The translations under genes were made by a program, and so were the position numbers. The notes beneath the pieces were generated by a model that saw only the letters and a program-made list of their open reading frames with translations, was not told the origin of the DNA and searched no databases. This document shows positions 21,057-29,309 of a stretch of 64,000 nucleotides of DNA, one piece after another (position 1 is the first letter of the stretch; every line of letters starts with the position of its first letter). Source of the stretch: Candidatus Moanibacter sp. (GTDB taxonomy: Bacteria; Verrucomicrobiota; Verrucomicrobiia; Opitutales; UBA2987); contig CBDCEW010000085.1 of the NCBI GenBank assembly GCA_965215885.1, forward strand, positions 1-64,000, in the 5' to 3' direction.

Positions 21057-21202
21057 TCAAGACAAAAACAGCGCACCGCCCGGAGCTTTCGGTCGAACTT
21101 CTGTAAGCCTACACGCACCGGGCGGCGCCTTCTTTTTGTCCCGGCCAGGCCGGGAACGGGACAACAGCCGGGTCAGGCGCCGGTTCTCCGACGCCTGAGC
21201 TG
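21057..21202 (-). other. Structured spacer resembling the segment 3' of TR in HRDC-class DGRs
   Basis: Minus strand CAGCTCA-hairpin-TGACCCGGCTGTTGTCCCGTTCCCGG..CCGGGACAAAAAG..CCGCCCGGTGCGTGTAG..CGAAAGCTCCGGGCGG; resemblance recalled from memory, not searched. Confidence 0.5.
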
Positions 21203-21254
21203 ACATTCGACGTAGAACGCCCAGTTTGTGTCATTTGATTCCGCTGAAAAGCCC

Positions 21255-21327
21255 CCACGTTCTTGCGAACGCGGCTACAAATATCAAAGGCTTGCGGGGC
21301 ACCGTAGCCGCGTTCGCAAGAACGTGG
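21255..21327. repeat. REP doublet (REPIN-like), perfect 24-bp inverted repeat
   Basis: CCACGTTCTTGCGAACGCGGCTAC (21255-21278) / GTAGCCGCGTTCGCAAGAACGTGG (21304-21327); GTAG end typical of RAYT-associated REPs. Confidence 0.85.
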
Positions 21328-21490
21328 TCGCGAATTTCGAAACGGCGTCTTTTTCAGCAAAATGTTCATGTGTATCCTGAGCAGGTTCACGGTTCACGGA
21401 GAGTACGCGGTGGCCTCGCAGAAAACGGTTCAACTTCTCCTGTCCTTCCTCAGCCGCCGTTGTAGGAATCATAAGTAAAGCAAATTGCAT
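21284..21490 (-). pseudogene. Truncated N-terminus of an HRDC-type DGR accessory protein
   Basis: MQFALLMIP...EKLNRFLRGHRVLSVNRE matches the N-terminal motif of HRDC proteins found in DGR cassettes; after about 39 codons it runs into repeat DNA. Confidence 0.65.
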
Positions 21491-21506
21491 GTCTTAAACC
21501 GGTGCC

Positions 21507-21562
21507 GAAGGGCGACTTGGCGGGGGCGGCTTCGCCTCCTCACCCCCGCCACGACGCCCTTC
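21507..21562. other. GC-rich hairpin downstream of the putative DGR target gene
   Basis: GAAGGGCG..TGGCGGGGG / CCCCCGCCA..CGCCCTTC stems. Confidence 0.65.
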
Positions 21563-21710
21563 TCCCCGTACTGTACCTATTACTCACTTGACCTGCATGC
21601 CAGGGCGCAGCCATTCATGGCGTAGACCGGAGGGCAAGGCGGACCTGTCTTGGCACCGCCCCTCGATTGGGTGGATTCGGCCGCACTACTGGGAAGACTA
21701 CGCGAAGTTG

Positions 21711-24095
21711 TCAGTTCTGGACCTTGCGCAGGCAGAGCCGGAAGCCCAGGAATTCGTAGCGGTAGACGGCCGGGCCCCTGCCGCGGCTGGCCGACCGGCA
21801 GAACTGCGCGTCGTTTTCCCAGCCGCCGCCGCGGCGCACGCGGTACCAACCCGATTCGGGTCCCTTCGGATCCACCCTTCGGCCCGTCGGATACTCACCG
21901 TACCAGTCCGAACACCATTCCCATAGGTTACCATGCATATCATACAATCTCCATTGGTTCGGCTCGTAGCTGCCCACTTCGACCGTCTTTTTCAAGTACG
22001 GCCCCTTCCCTCCTCCACCGTAAGGATAGTTTCCATCGAAATTCGCCTGTCTCGAGGACAGACTGTCGCCATAGCGAAAAGCCGTCCTCGTCCCCGCCCG
22101 TGCCGCATATTCCCACTGCGCCTCGGTCGGAAGGCCGTACATATACCCATCCGGCAGCCGCCCCGCGGCGCGCTCGCGCTCAGTCAATTTCATTGCAAAA
22201 TTCGTGGCATCCTCCCAGGATACATTCTCCACCGGCGCCCGATCTCCCGCCTCCTTGAATTTACTCGGATTACTGCCCGTGATACGCTTGTACTCCCCCT
22301 GTGTCACCTCATACTGCCCCAGCCAGAAGCCTTTCGTCAATACTACCTCGTACAGAGGGTCTCATCACTACCCCGCCCCGACTCTCTCGCCGGGCTCCCC
22401 ATCATGAACGTCCCCGGGTTAATCCAGACCATCTTCAGCCCAAGGTCAGGGACCGTCCATGGCTCCCCTTCCACCGGGCCCGAAACTTCCTCCGCCGCCG
22501 TATCCCTTATTCTCAGGCTCCCCGCCGCCTTTTCCAGCGTGACGCTGAGCCGTTTATCCTCTCGGGCTTTAAGCTCAAAAGCTTCAACGTAATCACGGTA
22601 GCCCGAGGCCGAGAGCACAACCCGATATTTCTTCAAGGGCTCCTGTTCTCCCGCCGTATAGGGCGTCACTCCAGCCCGCACTCCGTCGATCTCCACCTCC
22701 GCTCCGCTCGGAGAAGAGAGGATGACAAGCGATCCAGGCAAGGGTTGCAGCCCAACCTCGACGACAACCAGCCGATTCTCTTCAATCACTATTTCGGCAA
22801 TCCCGGAATCACGGAAATCCTTTTTGCGGACTAGAATCATCCGGTTTCCGACAGCCATTCCATCCTTTAATTCGAAGAGCCCGTTGACATCACTCTTGCC
22901 GAGCAATGTGCCGGGTTCCGCTATGCGGCCATCAGGCGACCGGTCAACCAGGAAAATCTCAGAATCCGGAAGCGTGTTTACCAGAAGGCTTCCGAAGGCC
23001 GGCACTCCCTCTCCCTGCTCTTCTCCACCCCTTTCTTCGCGCACGATTCGTATCGCCTCAGGTCGCTTTTCTTCCCCCTCCTTCCCGGGCAGATACACGC
23101 CCCAGTAATAGCCCGCCGCCAGCCCCGCAACGAGGATGAGCGATAACGTGGCCCATACCGGCGCCCTGGATTTTCCCTTCTTCTCGGGACCGATCTCAAT
23201 TCGCCTCAAATCGCCCAGAACCTCTTCGGCGCTCCCATACCGCTCGGAACGCTCCAGCTCCATGCAGCGGTCAATTACGGCGTCCCACGTTTCGCTCGCC
23301 TCAGGAACCAGATCCGCGATCGCCTTTGCCCGCCCCAGCGGCTTCCTCCCAGTCAGCAAGTAGTAGCCCATGACTCCCACCGCGTAGAGGTCGCTGCGCT
23401 CGTCAGCCGGGCGGCCTTCCCGCACCTCCGGGCTCATATAATCAATCGTTCCTACATATGATTCGCTACCCGAAGAGCCCGCCACCTGGGTCTCCTGATC
23501 CCCCAATTGCGAGAGGGCAATGCTCTTCCGGATCATCGTCTGCAGGAATTCCTCGCCCACCACCCGGACCAGCCCGAAGTCCGAAATCTTGATCCTCCCT
23601 GCTGCTGTGCGCAGGATATTCGCCGGTTTGAGATCGCGGTGAATAATCCCCTCTCCATGGGCATAGCGCAGTCCCTCCAGCATCTGCGTGAGAATGTCCA
23701 CAACCTCCTCGGGCCTTATCCGACCGCCCTGATTCCTGAGGTAGTCTTCAAGGCTGCCCCCCTCGACATACTCCATCGCAAGGTAGAATCGGCCACGGTC
23801 CTCCCCGGCGTAGAGAACCTGCACAATCTGGTTATGCTTCAGCTTTGCCAGCGTCTTCGCTTCGCGTCGGAACCGTTCCCTGAAGTTTCCCCTCTTCGAA
23901 AGCCCGCGCGGCAGCACCTTCAGCGCATATTTCTGCTCGAGGTGCACCTGCTCCGCAAGATACACCTCGCCCATCGCCCCGCGGCCCAGTTCCTCAATGA
24001 TGCGGTAATCGCCCAGGCGCTCTCCCGGCCTCAGGACACCGGGACCGGTCCGGGCCTTCGCCCGCCAGCCGCGTCTCGTCGGAATCAAAAGGCAT
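21711..24095 (-). pseudogene. Ser/Thr kinase-TM-PEGA-FGE/sulfatase (SUMF1, CLec-fold) protein, frameshifted; putative DGR target
   Basis: Kinase motifs LGRGAMGEVY, ALK, HRDLKPAN, DFG, GTIDYMSPE; TM segment; PEGA 'SSPSGAEVEIDG..GVTP'; FGE motifs PGTFMMGS, YEVTQ, LPTEAQWEYAARAG, DMHGNLWEW, RGGGW, GFRL; split over ORFs 22343-24202 and 21711-22340. Confidence 0.9.
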
Positions 24096-25022
24096 GATGA
24101 GGGAAGTGGAAGCGTGAGAGTGAAAGGCGCCATCGTAACCGCGTCCTTTCCAGCGTCAAGGCTGTGGGACGGCTCCCATTTGCTCTCGGCACCGGACCCC
24201 ACTTCGCTCCCCCCTGAGCGGGACTACGAGCGTCAAGAGCGGTACAGCTACCCGGGCTTCAAGTGTGCACAAGGGCCCCATCCCGTAGCCGGACGACTTC
24301 GTCGTTCGGGTAATCCCGGCCAGGTAGATTACCTGTCCCTGATTTTCGACCCTGCCCACAGCTCATCGGTTGCTATCCCTCCCCCTTTCGCGATTTTTCG
24401 CGTGTTTAGCGGGCAATTCCCCATCCCGTAGCCGGACGACTTCGTCGTTCGGGTAATCCCGATGTCCAGCCGAGTACGGATCGAGGCATAAAGCCTCTCC
24501 TACAACCTGACGGTCGTCGATGCGGCCGACTGTCTTCGATGAGGATTGCGTGGATATCCGTTCGAAGGTCGTAATCGTAGTCGAAAGTCGTAATTCTACG
24601 CGCGACGAAGTTTGGGCAACAATCCTGCCCTGGAATAGAGTCCGACAAACTGCTCGACAACGTTCGAACAAAGGCGATTCGAACTCCTCCACTGAGTTTC
24701 GTCTTCCTTTTAGTCCGGACCACCGGTAAGGGAAACCTTGCCTGCCTCGGCAAAGCGAAGCGGCGACGGGTCCCGAACCTTGTCGAATCCATTTCGATTT
24801 CAGATCACGATTATGACTACGATTACGAATGGATGGAAATCTGTCCGAACCTCGTCGTCGTAATCGTAGTCGACGTTCGACTTTACCCTCATCCGTTGCC
24901 GTCCCTTTCCCGGCCTGCCGGGACTGCCAAACTCTCCCGGCTCATCCCAATGAATCCGGCCTGAATGATTCTAACAACTCCTGCTACTGCCGAGGGCTGC
25001 CTCCACAACGGAAAACCCGACC

Positions 25023-25532
25023 TCACGAATCCGATGATCGAATCCGGGCGATCAGATCGGTCGTGCTATATCCCTTCAGATAGGGAAGGAACTGAATCTG
25101 ACAGCCGGCTTCCTCCAGGGCTTCGCGTTCCCCTCGGTCAATCGTTTCTAAGGAATAATCACCCGCTTTCACATATATGTCGGGCCGGAGCGCGCTGATT
25201 TCCCGCACCAGCCTCTTCGTTTGAAAAGTCACGACACCGTCGACAAAACCCAGTGAGGCAAGGGCATAGGCGCGCTCCCACTCCGATTGAAAAGGCCTTC
25301 CCGTTCCCTTGCCGAGGCGGCGGACGCTCTCGTCTCCGTTCAGCAGAACCCACAATTGGTCGCCCAACCTCGAGGCCTTATCAAGATAGTAGAGATGGCC
25401 TGTATGGAGGAGATCGAAACACCCATTTGTCACAACCAGCTTATGCTCTCTCGAAGGCAGACTCTCCCGCCGCTTGACAGCTTCATCGAGCGACCACAAT
25501 TTCGGATTTGATAGATCTTCAGCGCCTGGCAT
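25023..25532 (-). CDS. RfaE/HldE domain II-like nucleotidyltransferase
   Basis: TNGCFDLLHTGH, LNGDESVRRL, RP, YVKAGDY, STT. Confidence 0.9.
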   Translation of the reverse strand: MPGAEDLSNPKLWSLDEAVKRRESLPSREHKLVVTNGCFDLLHTGHLYYLDKASRLGDQLWVLLNGDESVRRLGKGTGRPFQSEWERAYALASLGFVDGVVTFQTKRLVREISALRPDIYVKAGDYSLETIDRGEREALEEAGCQIQFLPYLKGYSTTDLIARIRSSDS

Positions 25533-25536
25533 GCCT

Positions 25537-26676
25537 TCATTCGAAGAAACGTTTCGCCTTCTTAAAAAAACTCTCGCTTACTGGGTTGTCGGCATCGCCA
25601 CAGGCCACGGCAAAGTCCTCCAGTATCTTGCGCTGATCGGAGGAGAGTTTTGTCGGGACCTCGATCTGCACCCGTATCAACTGATCCCCTCCGTAAGAAT
25701 TTCGCAAACTCGGCATACCATGGCCACGCAGACGGAATGTCGTGCCGCTCTGTGTTCCTGAAGGAATCTTCAGGGAGGCCTTTCCGTTTAGAGTCGGTAC
25801 ATCGATTTTACCCCCTAACGAAGCGAGCGTGAATTTTATAGGGATTTCACAAAATAAGTCTTCCCCGTGCCTCTCAAATATCTCGTGTTCCCGCACGTGT
25901 ATTACGACGTAGAGGTTTCCCGATTCCCCTCCCATAACACCGGCTTCACCATTCCCGGCCGATCTCAACTTGGAACCCGTATCGACACCTGGAGGAATGC
26001 GCAGCTTGATCTTGCTGTTCTTCATAATACGACTGTCACCACCACATTTCTTACACGGGTTCGCTACTTCGAACCCACTCCCTTGACAGTTAGGGCAGAC
26101 CTGGCGAACGCTGAAAAACCCCCTTTGCGAGGTTACCTGGCCATGACCGCCGCAGGTCGAACAGGTCGATTTGCTCGAGCCCGGTTCGGCGCCACTTCCT
26201 CCACAACGATCGCATGGAGCAGCACGTCGATAAGATATCTCCCTTTCAATCCCTTTGGCTGCCTCGGCAAGATTAATCTCCAAATCGTAGCGAAGATCTG
26301 AACCGCGTTGTGCTCCACCGCGCGCAGCGGATCCGCCGCCACCGAAGAAATCATCGAATATGCTACCTCCACCGCCAAATACCTCCCGGAATATGTCAAA
26401 GGGGTCATGAAACCCTCCAAACCCCCCTTGACCGCGCCCTACTCCGCCCTGCTGAAACGCTGCATGCCCGTAACGATCATAAGCGGCACGTTTCTCCTCA
26501 TCCTTCAGGATTTCATAAGCTTCCGAAACTTTCTTGAACATTTCTTCGGCCTTCGGATCACCCTGATTCTTGTCGGGATGATACTTTACGGCTTTCTTGC
26601 GGTAGGCCTTTTTGATCTCTTCAGGGGAAGCCGAATTCGACACCCCGAGGAGTTCATAGTAATCCTCTTTAGCCAT
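25537..26676 (-). CDS. dnaJ: Chaperone DnaJ
   Basis: J domain with HPD, G/F region, four CxxCxGxG-type repeats; start MAKEDYY. Confidence 0.98.
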   Translation of the reverse strand: MAKEDYYELLGVSNSASPEEIKKAYRKKAVKYHPDKNQGDPKAEEMFKKVSEAYEILKDEEKRAAYDRYGHAAFQQGGVGRGQGGFGGFHDPFDIFREVFGGGGSIFDDFFGGGGSAARGGAQRGSDLRYDLEINLAEAAKGIEREISYRRAAPCDRCGGSGAEPGSSKSTCSTCGGHGQVTSQRGFFSVRQVCPNCQGSGFEVANPCKKCGGDSRIMKNSKIKLRIPPGVDTGSKLRSAGNGEAGVMGGESGNLYVVIHVREHEIFERHGEDLFCEIPIKFTLASLGGKIDVPTLNGKASLKIPSGTQSGTTFRLRGHGMPSLRNSYGGDQLIRVQIEVPTKLSSDQRKILEDFAVACGDADNPVSESFFKKAKRFFE

Positions 26677-26701
26677 TTGCGTAGAAGTTAGAGTCGAAAG
26701 A

Positions 26702-27367
26702 CTACGTCTTCTCTTCGTCCTGGCACGGCCCGCTCGAGACAACCACCGACGCCGGCCTCAATAATCGTTCATGCATCTTATATCCAACGCGGGTCACAGC
26801 CAAAACGATCCCTTCATCCACCGTTTCACTCGGCATGTGCGAGACACCTTCGTGCAGATTAGGATCGAATGGGTCACTCCCGGGATCAATCTCTGTCACC
26901 CCATATTGCCTCAGGACATTTCTCACTTGCTCCACGGCCAAGGCAAATCCCTCGGTCACGTCTTTAGCCTCGAGGTGGCCGACTGCCGCATCAAGGCCAA
27001 TCTTAAAACTGTCGAGTATGGGCAGGAGCTCTTCAATAAAACCAGCTGCGCCATATTTTCGCAGCTCTTCTTTTTCACGCAAGGTGCGTTTGCGGTAATT
27101 CTCGAGATCGGCAACCGCGCGCAGGAACCGATCATGATTTTTCTTAGCTTGACCGAGTGTTTCTTCGAGTTTCCTCAGCAAATCCCCATGAGGTTCCTCC
27201 TCAGCGGGCCCCTCTACTTCCACTACCTCTTCCGCGGCGGATTGCGCTTCATTCAAGGATTCCACCTCCTCAACCTTTTCTTCAATATCGGATGCTTCCG
27301 CACTCGTCTCCGGAGGGTCGCCTTTTTCTTCACGTATGTCAGTCGAAGTCTTACTGCTACCGCTCAT
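26702..27367 (-). CDS. grpE: Nucleotide exchange factor GrpE
   Basis: [18 protein letters not shown]...[12 protein letters not shown]. Confidence 0.96.
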   Translation of the reverse strand: MSGSSKTSTDIREEKGDPPETSAEASDIEEKVEEVESLNEAQSAAEEVVEVEGPAEEEPHGDLLRKLEETLGQAKKNHDRFLRAVADLENYRKRTLREKEELRKYGAAGFIEELLPILDSFKIGLDAAVGHLEAKDVTEGFALAVEQVRNVLRQYGVTEIDPGSDPFDPNLHEGVSHMPSETVDEGIVLAVTRVGYKMHERLLRPASVVVSSGPCQDEEKT

Positions 27368-27381
27368 AGCTTTATCTCAAT

Positions 27382-28194
27382 TTATTCTTTCTTCAGAGAA
27401 TCAAATACACCCTTTATCACTTTGCCGGTACCCTCAGCGCCTTCCTTTATCTTCCTGGCTCCTCCTTCGAGGGTGACTGAGGGCATCTTTAGAATACCTT
27501 CGGCGAGGCCCTGGTAGGTTTCAATTTCAACCAGGGATTTCATAAAGCTGTTTACCAGAATCGCGAGACCCAATTGGGACAACTCGCGCGAAAGCGGCCC
27601 AACGATCTCCTTTACATCAGTAACCTCCTCAAGCTCGATCACTATTTCCGGTTTGAATCTCCGCACTCGTGGATTGCGCCGAGAATAATCCGCATACTCT
27701 ACCCTCTTCAGGCGAAGCTCAAAGTGTTCGATGAGGAACTGCCTCTCCTCAACAGCTTCCTCTTCCTCTTCAAGGTCCCCTACACTTCCCCGCAACGCAT
27801 TTATGAAGCGAATCGCGTTATTCTCCTTCTCCGCGGTAGTGATATAGCCGAACTCTTCAACGTCGATAACAAGCTCCTCCAGAATTACCTTTTCCCTTAA
27901 AAGGCTCATCGGCTTAATATCCACCTTAAGCTGCCCGATTCTGATGAAAGTCGGTACGGGAAATGTCTCCGGATTCTCGATCACGGCTCCCGTCAACTCG
28001 ACTGCTCCCCTGAAGACATTCACGTCCAGGTCTTCAAATTCGGCTTTGAAACCGGTGTGGTCCTCAATCTTGTCCTCCAAGAGCGTGGGCAGGTAGATCA
28101 GAGTCGCCCATACCACACCGATAAGAAGGAACGAGGCCATCACGAAAAGGGAAAATAGGCATCCAATTGTCTTCCTGGCGATTTTGAACAGCAT
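27382..28194 (-). CDS. AsmA/DUF748-like membrane-anchored protein
   Basis: N-terminal TM, 'IENPETF', beta-rich. Confidence 0.55.
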   Translation of the reverse strand: MLFKIARKTIGCLFSLFVMASFLLIGVVWATLIYLPTLLEDKIEDHTGFKAEFEDLDVNVFRGAVELTGAVIENPETFPVPTFIRIGQLKVDIKPMSLLREKVILEELVIDVEEFGYITTAEKENNAIRFINALRGSVGDLEEEEEAVEERQFLIEHFELRLKRVEYADYSRRNPRVRRFKPEIVIELEEVTDVKEIVGPLSRELSQLGLAILVNSFMKSLVEIETYQGLAEGILKMPSVTLEGGARKIKEGAEGTGKVIKGVFDSLKKE

Positions 28195-28254
28195 ATACTC
28201 TCTCTATTGCGGAAATTCTGTGTATCTGATTAAGGTGTCGGCCGAAAAATAACC

Positions 28255-29205
28255 TCATGCAAAGTTGTCCGTAATCAAAACCGTGCTGTCCTGCGATGCT
28301 CGAAATGCGTATTTGCCACAGAATGGCAGGAGTGCGCTTTCTCCCATCTTCAAGCCCACTCTCGTGACCATGTCGTGCAGATCTCCGCTTACGACATGGA
28401 CCAAGCGCGGTTGTTCCCAAGCGCCGAATTCCAAGCTCGGCTCCCCTGTTTTCAAGAAATATCGGGTCACCCGAAATTCAGAGCAGTTGGCAAGTTCCGT
28501 AACCCTACCAAGGTCTTTCTTAGGCGCAGGTGCGACATCGTCAAAATCAATACTGGACATTGCCTCCTCGAAATGAAGTGGGCGCGTTTTTCCATTCAGA
28601 CCCACTCTATTCCAATCGTAGACACGATAGGTCGTATCCGAATTTTGCTGAATCTCGAGAATAAGGCATCCCGCATCGATCGCATGAAGCCTGCCGGCCG
28701 GCACAAACATGGAATCGTCGGGCCTCACTTCGCACCGGTGTAGCAGTCTCTCGAGCGTGTTATCCTGCAACGATTGCTCAATCTGTTCGCGGCTCACGCG
28801 CCTTCGAAACCCAATCATTACGGCCGCCTCTTCAGAAGTGTCGGTAACATACCACAGTTCGGTCTTCGGTTCTCCGCCCAGTTGAGAAGCAACCTCTCTC
28901 GGAGGATGTACTTGAAGACTGAGCCGCTCCTGACAGTCGAGCCACTTCACAAGCACGGGAAACGGACACTCGGCAGAGTATTCCGGCCCCATCAGTTCCC
29001 TCGAAGCGGACTCGAGTGCAGCCCGTAGCGTCCTCCCGGCCCATTCCCCTCCCGTGACTAACGATTGCGCTTCCGGACGGTCTACAACCTCCCAACTTTC
29101 CCCGATTCTACCACTCGCTGGAAGCTGCCGTCCCAGCTTACTTTCCAACTTCCTCCCACCCCAAACACGTTCTTGATAAATGGGTTGAAAAGTCATAAAA
29201 TCCAT
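28255..29205 (-). CDS. manA: Type I phosphomannose isomerase
   Basis: P.YQERVWGG, GESWE, LSLQVHP, KTELWY, GRLHAI, EIQQNSDTTYRVYDW. Confidence 0.92.
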   Translation of the reverse strand: MDFMTFQPIYQERVWGGRKLESKLGRQLPASGRIGESWEVVDRPEAQSLVTGGEWAGRTLRAALESASRELMGPEYSAECPFPVLVKWLDCQERLSLQVHPPREVASQLGGEPKTELWYVTDTSEEAAVMIGFRRRVSREQIEQSLQDNTLERLLHRCEVRPDDSMFVPAGRLHAIDAGCLILEIQQNSDTTYRVYDWNRVGLNGKTRPLHFEEAMSSIDFDDVAPAPKKDLGRVTELANCSEFRVTRYFLKTGEPSLEFGAWEQPRLVHVVSGDLHDMVTRVGLKMGESALLPFCGKYAFRASQDSTVLITDNFA

Positions 29206-29309
29206 CGAATGCGCGAAATTAGTGGGACTTTTTTGCACCGTCAACCAGCAATAGAAGAGTCCTGCCGAGAGGATTGACCTGAAGCAGGACGTCCGATTGT
29301 ATTGATCTG

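Noticed and set aside
19220..21100. CRISPR array
   Set aside because: Repeats are irregularly spaced, of several families, with no constant repeat-spacer period and no cas genes.
19854..21410. The duplicated 354-bp pair as a TR/VR pair
   Set aside because: Differences are not adenine-specific and neither copy matches the FGE gene 3' end.
19220..25000. Complete, active DGR (TR plus RT) in this window
   Set aside because: I found no AAC-rich copy of the VR and no ORF with reverse transcriptase motifs on either strand.
25537..27367. grpE-dnaJ without dnaK as a novelty
   Set aside because: Split dnaK loci are common; dnaK is probably elsewhere in the genome.
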